From Candidatus Forterrea multitransposorum CG_2015-17_Forterrea_25_41 (GTDB lineage Archaea > Iainarchaeota > Iainarchaeia > Iainarchaeales > CSSED10-239), in assembly GCA_009392915.1 (NCBI GenBank), contig CP045477.1, positions 576,001-640,000 of the forward strand: a DNA stretch of 64,000 nt, written 5' to 3'. Numbering within the stretch: the first letter of the stretch is position 1; the number at the start of each line of letters is the position of its first letter. The notes under the pieces were generated by a model. That model was not told the DNA's origin, did not search any database, and was given only the letters and a program-made list of their open reading frames with translations. Position numbers and translations under genes: made by a program. This document shows positions 48,748-56,847 of this stretch, in pieces.

Positions 48748-50397
48748 CTAAGAAAAATCAATCTCAAAACCACAAACAGGCATAGTATAGTTGTGCTTTT
48801 CTAAAACTTCTGGAGAAAATTCACCTATATGTCCAACTTCGTCATCATTAATTATAACTGCAGCACTTCTTCCTTTAATATAAAAAGGATAATCTTTTTC
48901 TTTAAGTCTTAAAGTTTTACCTAAAACATTTGTTAAAGATAAAAGATATGAAGAGATTTCAGTAAAACTAATCTTAGAGTTTGCAATAACTGCTGCTAAG
49001 TGAAGTTTATTTTCAGATAAAGTATCAAGCTCTTTATTTTCTAAAACAACATAATCACAAGCAAATAATTTTTGTGGAAAAGACTTATGTTGATTATTTG
49101 TTAAAGCTTTAAATAATTTAGGAATAATCCAATTACCAACAATATTAATTGAACTTTCAGCACTAAAACCTAAAGGAATATATTTTTCTCCCTTTATATT
49201 AAAATTTTCAAAAGAATCTTTTTTTGAAGAAAGAATAAAAGGTAATATTTCAATAAAACCCATACCCACCATAGAAGTTATTATTTGTTCTTGGAAAATA
49301 GACTCCTTTAATCTTTCTCCATTAAAGTGAACATCTGAGTATGTAGGAGTAATATTGTTTATAGCAAACCCTCTTAAAACATCATCTACAACATCATTTT
49401 CATGAAGGATGTCTGTTCTAAAGATAGGAATGGTGACTTCTATTAAGTCATCTGATTGTTTATTACAAATAAACATCATTTTCTCTAAATTAGCTATAGC
49501 TTCTTTTAAAGTTAACTTAATTCCTAATAATTGATTTATATATTTTAAAGAAACAACCATTTTTCTTAAAGATACATCTGGAGAAATAATTTTTTTATCA
49601 AAATATTCAATTTCTAAAGAATAAACTTCTCCTCCAAAATCTGCAAAAATAGAAGTTAAAATATTCATTGTATTTTTAAGTTTAGTTAAGTTTTGACCAG
49701 TACATTCTAAAAAAACTTCTTTTGTGCTTTCTAAGACTCTACCTGTTTCTTGAGAGTTAATGATTGGAGGCATTGAAAGTATTTTTTCATTAGAATCTTT
49801 AAAGAAAAGATATTTTTGTTTATCTTTAACTAAATAAGAATATTCTTGACCAGTCGGATGATTTTTAATAATATCAAAACCAGTCATTTCTTTTGTTTCT
49901 CCTAAAGGTATAAATTTAATATTTTCTGGAAAATCTGCCATAAAAGTTATTGGAAAAGTTATTTTATCTAAAGGATAAACACCAATAGCAACAGATTTTC
50001 TTTTTCTACCATAAGTTAAGTGTAATTTTTCTTGAACATTTATTATTTCTTTTATTTTTTCAGAATCTAAATTTAAATTTTTAACAATTGCACACATGGT
50101 ATGATTACCATAATTAGTTGCAGATCTATCAACAATTACTTTTTGTTTAGAATCTTTTAAACTAAAAGGAGTGTATTTTTTTAAAGATAAATAACTTTCT
50201 AAAGCTCTTTTAAAACCTACAAAAGAAAGAAGATCTATTCTTTCAGCAGTAACTTCTATTTTTAAAAGATCTGTTTCTTTATCATAAGAATCTATCTCTA
50301 AACCAAAATCAAAAAGAATTTCTTCTAATTTTTCTAAAGATAAATCTTTTCCAATTTCTTTTTTTAATCTATTAAATTCAAAATCTATTACTGCCAT
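48748..50397 (-). CDS. pheT: Phenylalanyl-tRNA synthetase beta subunit (archaeal type)
   Basis: Its length of 549 aa and domain order fit archaeal PheT, and it lies adjacent to pheS. The C-terminus has a B3/B4 core and a class II-like fold. Confidence 0.7.
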   Translation of the reverse strand: MAVIDFEFNRLKKEIGKDLSLEKLEEILFDFGLEIDSYDKETDLLKIEVTAERIDLLSFVGFKRALESYLSLKKYTPFSLKDSKQKVIVDRSATNYGNHTMCAIVKNLNLDSEKIKEIINVQEKLHLTYGRKRKSVAIGVYPLDKITFPITFMADFPENIKFIPLGETKEMTGFDIIKNHPTGQEYSYLVKDKQKYLFFKDSNEKILSMPPIINSQETGRVLESTKEVFLECTGQNLTKLKNTMNILTSIFADFGGEVYSLEIEYFDKKIISPDVSLRKMVVSLKYINQLLGIKLTLKEAIANLEKMMFICNKQSDDLIEVTIPIFRTDILHENDVVDDVLRGFAINNITPTYSDVHFNGERLKESIFQEQIITSMVGMGFIEILPFILSSKKDSFENFNIKGEKYIPLGFSAESSINIVGNWIIPKLFKALTNNQHKSFPQKLFACDYVVLENKELDTLSENKLHLAAVIANSKISFTEISSYLLSLTNVLGKTLRLKEKDYPFYIKGRSAAVIINDDEVGHIGEFSPEVLEKHNYTMPVCGFEIDFS

Positions 50398-50403
50398 GTT
50401 AAT

Positions 50404-51897
50404 TCACTCAAATTTTCTTTTAGGGATGATATAGTTTCTTAAGAAATCAATATCACAATCATCACCAAATACTTCCTTAATATTTCCTTTTTCTAAAAGA
50501 AGCATACCTATTCTTTCAATACCAATTCCCCAAGCAATTACATTATTTTTAATACCATAAGGCTCTAAAGTTTCTTGTCTGAAAATACCAGAATTCATAA
50601 TTTCTTTATAACTTTTTGATTTTTCAAAATATGCAAAAACTTCAACACTTGGTTCTGTGTAAGGATTATAAGTTGGTTTAATTTTTATTTTTGTAATACC
50701 AAGTTTTGCTAAGAATTCTTTAATAAAACCAATTAAATCTGAAAGACCAATATTCTTTCCAATAACAAAACCTTCTGCTTGATAGAATTCAGCTAAATGT
50801 GTTGCATCTAAAGATTCATTTCTAAAAACTTTACCTATACAAAAATATTTTGAATTTTTCTTTTCTTCTTTAGATAAATTGTAAAAAGTTCTAAAAGTTA
50901 CAGAAGTTGTGTGTGTTCTTAAAATTAAATCTTTTGCCATATCTTCATTCCAAACATATTGATGACCAGTAGAACCTGTTTCACCACCATTTTCATGAAC
51001 ATCTTTTATTTTTTCTAAAAAAGATTTATCTTTTACAAGACTACCTTTTAAAGGTAGATAAAAAGTATCTTGAAGCTCTCTCATAGGATGATCTTGAGAA
51101 ATAAACATTGAATCCATTGGCCAAAAAGAAACATCCACATAAGGACCTGACATTTCTTTAAAACCCATTTCTAAATAAAGATCTCTAATATATCCCATTA
51201 TAAGTCTCATAGGATGTATTCTTCCAATTTCTGCAGGTTTTGGTAGTTTAGAGACTTGGTATTCTTTAAATTTAAGATCTTTATAATCTCTTGATTTTAA
51301 AATTTCAGAAGTTAGATTAATTATTGTATCTTTATCTACTGCATAATCTTTTTCTTTTAAGAAAGAATATTCTTTCTCTAAAGTTATTTTTTTAAAAATA
51401 AATTTTCTTTGTAGAAAATCATTTATTTTTTCTTGAGAAGTCTCTTTTCCAGAAACAATTAAATTAAGATCATTTTTTTTAGAATCTATTTTTTCTTTAT
51501 AGTCTTTTGTTGGAACTATTTTTCCTTGTTCAATGGATATTAGATTAGTTCTTTTTGAAACTCCAAAAGCTAAAGAAACTTCTTCTTTTTCAAGGTTTGG
51601 AATATCAAGAGATTTTAAAGAAGATACTAAAACTTCTTTACCCTTTATAAAATCACAAAATATTTCTTCAATAAAACCATTTTTTAGAGAAAGAGAACCT
51701 ATTTCTGTTAAACTATAAGTTATAATTTCATCTACTTTTTCAGAAATTACTTCTTCAGATTTTAAAAACTCTAAAGCTCTTCTTAAAGAATCAACTTCTA
51801 TATCTAAAGCTGAATTAATTTCTTCAAAGCTTAAAGTTTTTTTTTCTTTTAAAAGATCATATAAAGAATAATCAATCTCATTTATTTTTATAACCAT
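50404..51897 (-). CDS. pheS: Phenylalanyl-tRNA synthetase alpha subunit
   Basis: It has class II motifs 2 and 3 (FRNESLDATHLAEFYQAEG and GIGIERIGML) with N-terminal winged-helix domains. Confidence 0.8.
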   Translation of the reverse strand: MVIKINEIDYSLYDLLKEKKTLSFEEINSALDIEVDSLRRALEFLKSEEVISEKVDEIITYSLTEIGSLSLKNGFIEEIFCDFIKGKEVLVSSLKSLDIPNLEKEEVSLAFGVSKRTNLISIEQGKIVPTKDYKEKIDSKKNDLNLIVSGKETSQEKINDFLQRKFIFKKITLEKEYSFLKEKDYAVDKDTIINLTSEILKSRDYKDLKFKEYQVSKLPKPAEIGRIHPMRLIMGYIRDLYLEMGFKEMSGPYVDVSFWPMDSMFISQDHPMRELQDTFYLPLKGSLVKDKSFLEKIKDVHENGGETGSTGHQYVWNEDMAKDLILRTHTTSVTFRTFYNLSKEEKKNSKYFCIGKVFRNESLDATHLAEFYQAEGFVIGKNIGLSDLIGFIKEFLAKLGITKIKIKPTYNPYTEPSVEVFAYFEKSKSYKEIMNSGIFRQETLEPYGIKNNVIAWGIGIERIGMLLLEKGNIKEVFGDDCDIDFLRNYIIPKRKFE

Positions 51898-51933
51898 AGA
51901 AATAACCTAAATTTATTTTATAATAGAATAAAA

Positions 51934-52725
51934 TTAATCTTCAAACAATTCTGAATCTATTAAATATTCTTTCTTTTGTTTTTTAGGTTTTATTACAGAA
52001 TTTTTAATAACAAAATTTTTAATAGATTTTTCAAGAGTATCTCTAAAGATTAAAATAATAGATAATAAAATAATAAATATAATTATTAAATAATAAAAAA
52101 TATTTGAATCACTTGACCCAACAAGTACAAAACTTGGTTTTGGAGGTTTTTTTTCATAAATTAAAACTTTTATTTGGTTTGTTGAAAAACTATTCCAGTA
52201 AAGAGTATTATCAACAATCTCTGCTTTAGGGTTTGTATCTCTAAAAACTAAAGGATCGTAGACTTTTATAGATAATTTTGAATTAGAAGGAATTACATAA
52301 AGATTATTAACAATTAAACTTCTAAATAAATTTTCATTAAACTTCCAAAGAATATCATCTTCTGTTTCATAGAAATTTTCTAATATTAAATCAGATATTT
52401 CATAATTAATATTTATTTGATCTTTTGTTTCATCAAAAATAATAGAAACATTTGAAAAATCATTTAAATAAATATTAGGTTTTAATCTTGGATCAATTTC
52501 TTCAAATTTATCAAGATCTATATTTGCAGCAATTATTTGGTTTTTAAAATTAACTTTATCATTATAGATATAAGGGTTATAAGATACATCCCAAACTTCT
52601 TTAATAATTGCCTTATCTGGACTTTTAATATCAATAGTTATATTAAAATTAGTAATTTCTGCAGAATAAACAGTAGAGGCAAATAAAAAAATTAAGAAAA
52701 ATATTAATAATTGTTTATATTTCAT
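51934..52725 (-). CDS. Secreted/anchored protein (hypothetical)
   Basis: It has an N-terminal signal peptide and one C-terminal TM. Confidence 0.35.
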   Translation of the reverse strand: MKYKQLLIFFLIFLFASTVYSAEITNFNITIDIKSPDKAIIKEVWDVSYNPYIYNDKVNFKNQIIAANIDLDKFEEIDPRLKPNIYLNDFSNVSIIFDETKDQININYEISDLILENFYETEDDILWKFNENLFRSLIVNNLYVIPSNSKLSIKVYDPLVFRDTNPKAEIVDNTLYWNSFSTNQIKVLIYEKKPPKPSFVLVGSSDSNIFYYLIIIFIILLSIILIFRDTLEKSIKNFVIKNSVIKPKKQKKEYLIDSELFED

Positions 52726-52859
52726 TTTAATAATCTACTCTTTATTTTTTAAATTGGTTTAATGTTTATTTACTAATATTAAACTAATCTATATAATATA
52801 TTGTAGAAATAAGTTTATATACCTTTTTAATATTGTAAATAAAAGTAAAAGAGTAATAT

Positions 52860-53891
52860 TTAAAAGATCCTATCAAAACCATTTATTTCAAAAACATAAA
52901 TTAATAAATTATAAGAATTAGCATAATTTGCATACCCTAAAAAAGAAAAAAGAGAAGAATTAAAATTAATTAAAGAAATTTTTTTAGAATTTAATAAAAG
53001 ATTATTAAGTTTTTGTCTTTTTATAAATCTCTTAACATTTGATTTTCTTAGTTTTACTTTAGTTGGGTAAATTTTATAACCTAAAAAATCAACCCCTTTA
53101 TCTACTAAATTAATATAAGTTTTGTTTTTAGGAATTGTAAGTAACAAATTATTTTTTAAAAATAATTTAATTTTTCTTCTGAAAATACTTAACTCTTGTT
53201 TAGAATTTGAAAATATTAAAAAATCATCAACATACCTATAATAGTGTTTGATTTTTAAAGTATGCTTAATATATTGATCAAGCTCATTTAAATAGATATT
53301 TGCAAAAAGTTGAGAAGTTAAATTACCAATAGGAATTCCTTTTTTATTATTTAAAAACGAAAAAGAATAACTATCTATTATTTTATATATTATAACCAAT
53401 AATTGCTTGTCTTTAATTCTTTTTTTTATAATATATTTTAAAACCTCTTTTTCAATAGAAGGAAAATATTTTTTAACGTCTTGTTTTAAGTAATATTTAG
53501 GAGATTTTTTAGATTGAACTAATTTTTTTATTTCTAAAAAACCTTTAAAAGTACCTTTTCCTTTTCTACATGCAAAAGAATTATTTATAAAAGTTTTATC
53601 AAAGATAGGCTCAATAATATTTATAATTGCATGTTGAACAACGACATCTCTAAAACAAGGAGCACTAATAATTCTTTCTTTAGGTTCATATACCTTAAAA
53701 TTTCTATATGGAGAAAAATTAAAATTACCAGAAATTAATTCTTCTTGTATTAAAAATAATTCTTTTTCAAGATTTTGAGTAAATTTTAAAATATATTTCT
53801 TATTAGGATTTGATTTTCTGGCACGTTTATATGCATTATAAATGTTTTTAAAAGAAGTAAATTCTTCCCAAAGATTATTATATGATTTCAT
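52860..53891 (-). CDS. DGR reverse transcriptase
   Basis: It has the RT motifs IISAPCFRDVVVQHA (motif 1/2), ...YFPSI... (motif 3), PIGNLTSQLFANIYL (motif 4 in the DGR-specific [I/L]GxxxSQ form rather than QGxxxSP), and YYRYVDDFLIFS (motif 5 YxDD). It is 343 aa with no maturase or endonuclease domain. Confidence 0.85.
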   Translation of the reverse strand: MKSYNNLWEEFTSFKNIYNAYKRARKSNPNKKYILKFTQNLEKELFLIQEELISGNFNFSPYRNFKVYEPKERIISAPCFRDVVVQHAIINIIEPIFDKTFINNSFACRKGKGTFKGFLEIKKLVQSKKSPKYYLKQDVKKYFPSIEKEVLKYIIKKRIKDKQLLVIIYKIIDSYSFSFLNNKKGIPIGNLTSQLFANIYLNELDQYIKHTLKIKHYYRYVDDFLIFSNSKQELSIFRRKIKLFLKNNLLLTIPKNKTYINLVDKGVDFLGYKIYPTKVKLRKSNVKRFIKRQKLNNLLLNSKKISLINFNSSLFSFLGYANYANSYNLLIYVFEINGFDRIF

Positions 53892-54148
53892 TTTTTATAG
53901 AACCTATTAAAAATTAAAAGTTATTACAGATTTCTTTAATCTAATAAAATTAAAATACTAAATGTAATAACTTATTTTTATATTCGATTTTTAAAACATA
54001 AAAACAAAAATGTTTTTATGGCATACCTTATATGCAATCAGGAAACATTTTACAGATGTAGTTTTTAGAATATACACTTTGCATATTTTAAAAAATAAAA
54101 ATAAATATACAAACTCTGATAAAACCTTATTTCTTTAAAAATAAGGAG

Positions 54149-54269
54149 AAACTACTGAACACAGCGCAGGCCGATGTTGTTGTTCCGGTTCCCAGGAGTA
54201 TTGTTCAAGTTCAAGTTCAAGACCCCTGCATTAGTTCCATTGTTCCAGTTACCACCGCGCAGGAAAGAA
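54149..54269 (-). repeat. DGR template repeat (TR), 121 bp and non-coding
   Basis: It is a near copy of 55343-55463 but carries AAC/AAT codons in the minus orientation where the genic copy has mixed bases. It lies between the avd stop and the RT start. It is GC-rich against the AT-rich background. Confidence 0.85.
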
Positions 54270-54345
54270 ACGACTCCTTTTTCTGTAAAAGCCCTATTCT
54301 TTTTATAACTAAAAAGAACAAAATAAATAATTATTAGAAAAGTTT

Positions 54346-54675
54346 TTATAAATTATGCTTTAAAAGCCCCCCAATTAATTTACCTAAATCATTTAGTTTT
54401 TTAGAAATAACTTCATATTTTTTAAAAGAAATAATTTTTAGATCAAAAGAGAGCCTCACATATATTTTTAAAAGTTCTAAATCAGTATCAATTTGATTTA
54501 AAGTATTAATTTTATGTTTTGAAAAAAGAATAGTATTAGATAATAAAGAAATAGTAGTTTTTTTCAAATCTTCTCCTAAAATATATTTGTCAGATTTAGG
54601 AAATTTTTTAATTTCAGGATAAATATAAAGTAAAAAGTTATATGTTTCTTTATATAACTTTAAATCAAATAACAT
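54346..54675 (-). CDS. avd: DGR accessory variability determinant (Avd-like four-helix-bundle protein)
   Basis: LYKETYNFLLYIYPEIKKFPKSDKYILGEDLKKTTISLLSNTILFSK matches the Avd/four-helix-bundle family (the Bordetella phage Avd has ...YLYPIAQSIPRKHG...). It is 109 aa and sits between the target and the TR. Confidence 0.7.
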   Translation of the reverse strand: MLFDLKLYKETYNFLLYIYPEIKKFPKSDKYILGEDLKKTTISLLSNTILFSKHKINTLNQIDTDLELLKIYVRLSFDLKIISFKKYEVISKKLNDLGKLIGGLLKHNL

Positions 54676-54685
54676 ATTATAAACA

Positions 54686-55093
54686 CTATTTTTTATTTTC
54701 TTCTATTTTTTTTATAAGTCCATTAAAATATTTAATTTTTTCTTCAAATTGATTATAAAAAAAAAGAATTTTATCTTTAGATAAATCTTTATTAATTTCA
54801 CTTAATATAAGTAAATTTGATTGAGTTGTAGAAACACAATCTCTTGAATAAGAATAAAGTAATGATTTTTCATTAGAATGATATTTATTATATCCTTTTG
54901 ATAAAAAAGAAAGAATATTTATTAAATTTGAAATAGTTTCTTGAAAAATAAAATTATCATTTATAGATGATTTATTTTCTTCTAAAAATTTATAAGTATT
55001 AATAACTAAAGGAAAGAGTTCTTTGTAAACCCCAAAATTTAAAATTCCTCTTTCTATATTTACTAAACTCATAACAACCATATTTTTGTCCAA
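54686..55093 (-). CDS. Hypothetical protein (second small accessory ORF within the DGR cassette)
   Basis: 135-aa ORF co-oriented between the target gene and avd. No motif was recognised. Confidence 0.35.
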   Translation of the reverse strand: MDKNMVVMSLVNIERGILNFGVYKELFPLVINTYKFLEENKSSINDNFIFQETISNLINILSFLSKGYNKYHSNEKSLLYSYSRDCVSTTQSNLLILSEINKDLSKDKILFFYNQFEEKIKYFNGLIKKIEENKK

Positions 55094-55342
55094 TATATAT
55101 TGTGATTTATTAAAACCACTTTAATTGAGTAGCAAATTTTTTTGTAAAAAACAAAAAAATTTGCAAAAGCAAAAAACATTTGCTTTCTCTTTTGCCAATT
55201 TATTTTTTTCTTTTTTCACTTTTATTTTTTATTTTTTTGCACAAACTCAATCTTGAAGCATTGTTTTTCGCGACGTTACCCGTCTTACCGTCTTGCCGTC
55301 TCACCCGTCAAAATACAATATTCTCGAAATACATTTTTTCAA

Positions 55343-55463
55343 AAACTACTGAACACAGCGCAGGCCGACGACGCTGCCCCGGCCCCCAGGAGTAAAGTTC
55401 AAGCGCAAGCCCAAGACCCCCGCATTAGTTCCACTGCCCCAGCCACCACCGCGCAGGAAAGAA
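55343..55463 (-). repeat. DGR variable repeat (VR), covering the last 40 codons and stop of the target gene plus 3 nt
   Basis: It is a 121-bp, indel-free copy of the TR. It carries 20 substitutions, all at positions where the TR has A on the minus strand. Confidence 0.85.
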
Positions 55464-56707
55464 TATACAGTAGTAGAAGTATCTCCAAAATCACTATAAG
55501 TGTAAATTCTACCAACACCATTATCTGCTGCATTATAATTATTACTTGTAAGTAAAAATAAATCTTTATACTCTAAAGTGGTATTACCTAAATTATCAGA
55601 AGAAATGTATTGGGCTTCTCCACCACCTTTTGAATAATCAAAATAATCAAAACCAGTAGTAAAGTTACTATCATCAGCATTGTTAAAACCATCAGGTTGG
55701 TCTTTTCTTTGGATAGTGTCACTTGTCCATTGCCAAACATTACCAGCTAAGTCCCAAATTACTTCACCGTTTGTTAAAGTTAAGGTTCTTTTTGTAGTGC
55801 CAGAAAGTTCATCAAAACCTTCCATAGCACCAGAAGAAGAAGAATTACCACGTGGAAGATAACCTTCTCCAACAACTCCAGTTGACCAGTTTGAAGGTAC
55901 TTGTTCAATGTTTCTTGCAATGGTCATCCATTCGTCATTTGTTATTAAATGTCCACCTACTGCAGCACAAGCTGCAATAGCTTCGGTTTGGGAAATTCTT
56001 GCTATTGGAGAACCTTCTGGAGTTGATACTAAAGTGCCTGGAGTAGGACATAATTCATAACTATAAGTATTATAGGTTAAAGAACCAGTATTACAATCTG
56101 GATAATCAGCTACAAGGTTTCCTTTACCATCTCCATTTGCATCCATTTTCATTTCATATTTTGAAACACAAAAACCACCACGCTCATTCATGGTTCCATA
56201 TAAATGGTTTCCTGGAACTGGAACATAGCCTTCTGGACAAGAAAGAGGAGTTTTTACGGTTTGAAAAAGATCAGGTTTAGTTATCATTTGAGAATTGTCT
56301 AAATATAAAACTAAATCTAAAGAGTCACCTAAAATACCATGATCAAGAGTAGCAGATTGATTGGAAAGAATAGTGACAGGAGGTTCTAAAGGATTAATGT
56401 TTGAATTGCCTAATAAACTATAACCGGTAATGGTAATAGAAGTATAAGGAGAACCATAAGGGGGTTTATACTCTAGAAGAGAACGACCATTGATAGAAGA
56501 TTTAATATTTAAATAAAAGCCAGTTTCTGATTCTGTATAAACTTCAATACTTGAAGCTTTAGAAAAAGAATCATTGGTAAAGCCTTTACCCCAAGAAAGA
56601 ATAATACCAATAATAGCAACAGAGACAACTATTAAAAGAATGGTGGCTATCAAAGGAGAAATACCTTTTTGAAATCTAAAACGCTGAAAAATATATTTGA
56701 AAAACAT
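55346..56707 (-). CDS. DGR target protein: a pilin-like N-terminus (class III signal peptide) plus an FGE-sulfatase/C-type-lectin-fold domain with the variable region at its C-terminus
   Basis: The N-terminus FQKGISPLIATILLIVVSVAI matches the archaeal pilin/archaellin G-x-SP-[LV]-IAT-[VI]-LLI motif. The C-terminal half (GGFCVSKYEMK ... LRGGGWGSGTNAGVLGLRLNFTPGGRGSVVGLRCVQ) matches the FGE-sulfatase fold ending in R-C-V. The last 40 codons overlap the VR. Confidence 0.8.
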   Translation of the reverse strand: MFFKYIFQRFRFQKGISPLIATILLIVVSVAIIGIILSWGKGFTNDSFSKASSIEVYTESETGFYLNIKSSINGRSLLEYKPPYGSPYTSITITGYSLLGNSNINPLEPPVTILSNQSATLDHGILGDSLDLVLYLDNSQMITKPDLFQTVKTPLSCPEGYVPVPGNHLYGTMNERGGFCVSKYEMKMDANGDGKGNLVADYPDCNTGSLTYNTYSYELCPTPGTLVSTPEGSPIARISQTEAIAACAAVGGHLITNDEWMTIARNIEQVPSNWSTGVVGEGYLPRGNSSSSGAMEGFDELSGTTKRTLTLTNGEVIWDLAGNVWQWTSDTIQRKDQPDGFNNADDSNFTTGFDYFDYSKGGGEAQYISSDNLGNTTLEYKDLFLLTSNNYNAADNGVGRIYTYSDFGDTSTTVYSFLRGGGWGSGTNAGVLGLRLNFTPGGRGSVVGLRCVQ

Positions 56708-56847
56708 AAGGGATCAAAATTAAAGTTAATTAAAATATAATATTATAAAAGAAGAATATATTTATAAACATAATGATTAAAGAGAAAAAAGGAAAAAAGT
56801 TAAAAAAACAATACTCTTTAAATAAAAATTGGTTTATATAATTATAT

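Larger units (their letters stand above)
52860..56707 (-). mobile_element. Diversity-generating retroelement cassette (target/VR - orf135 - avd - TR - RT)
   Basis: The gene order and the adenine-specific TR/VR mismatch pattern match the canonical BPP-1-type organisation. Confidence 0.8.

Noticed and set aside
52860-53891. Whether the reverse transcriptase belongs to a group II intron, retron or other mobile element
   Set aside because: It has no maturase (X), endonuclease or ribozyme-like flanks. The motif-4 variant IGNLTSQ is DGR-specific, and a TR/VR pair with Avd is adjacent.
54149-55463. The GC-rich near-identical repeat pair could be mistaken for CRISPR repeats or a duplicated gene fragment
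   Set aside because: There are only two copies, each 121 bp, with no regular spacing. One copy is inside a gene and the other is intergenic. All differences are confined to adenines of one copy, which fits a DGR TR/VR and not CRISPR or random duplication.
55180-55555. Two +-strand ORFs (71 aa and 100 aa) with unusually GC-rich codons overlapping the DGR VR region
   Set aside because: They are antisense to the well-supported target gene. Their open frames are a by-product of the GC-rich VR/IMH sequence and they carry no motifs. They are called spurious.
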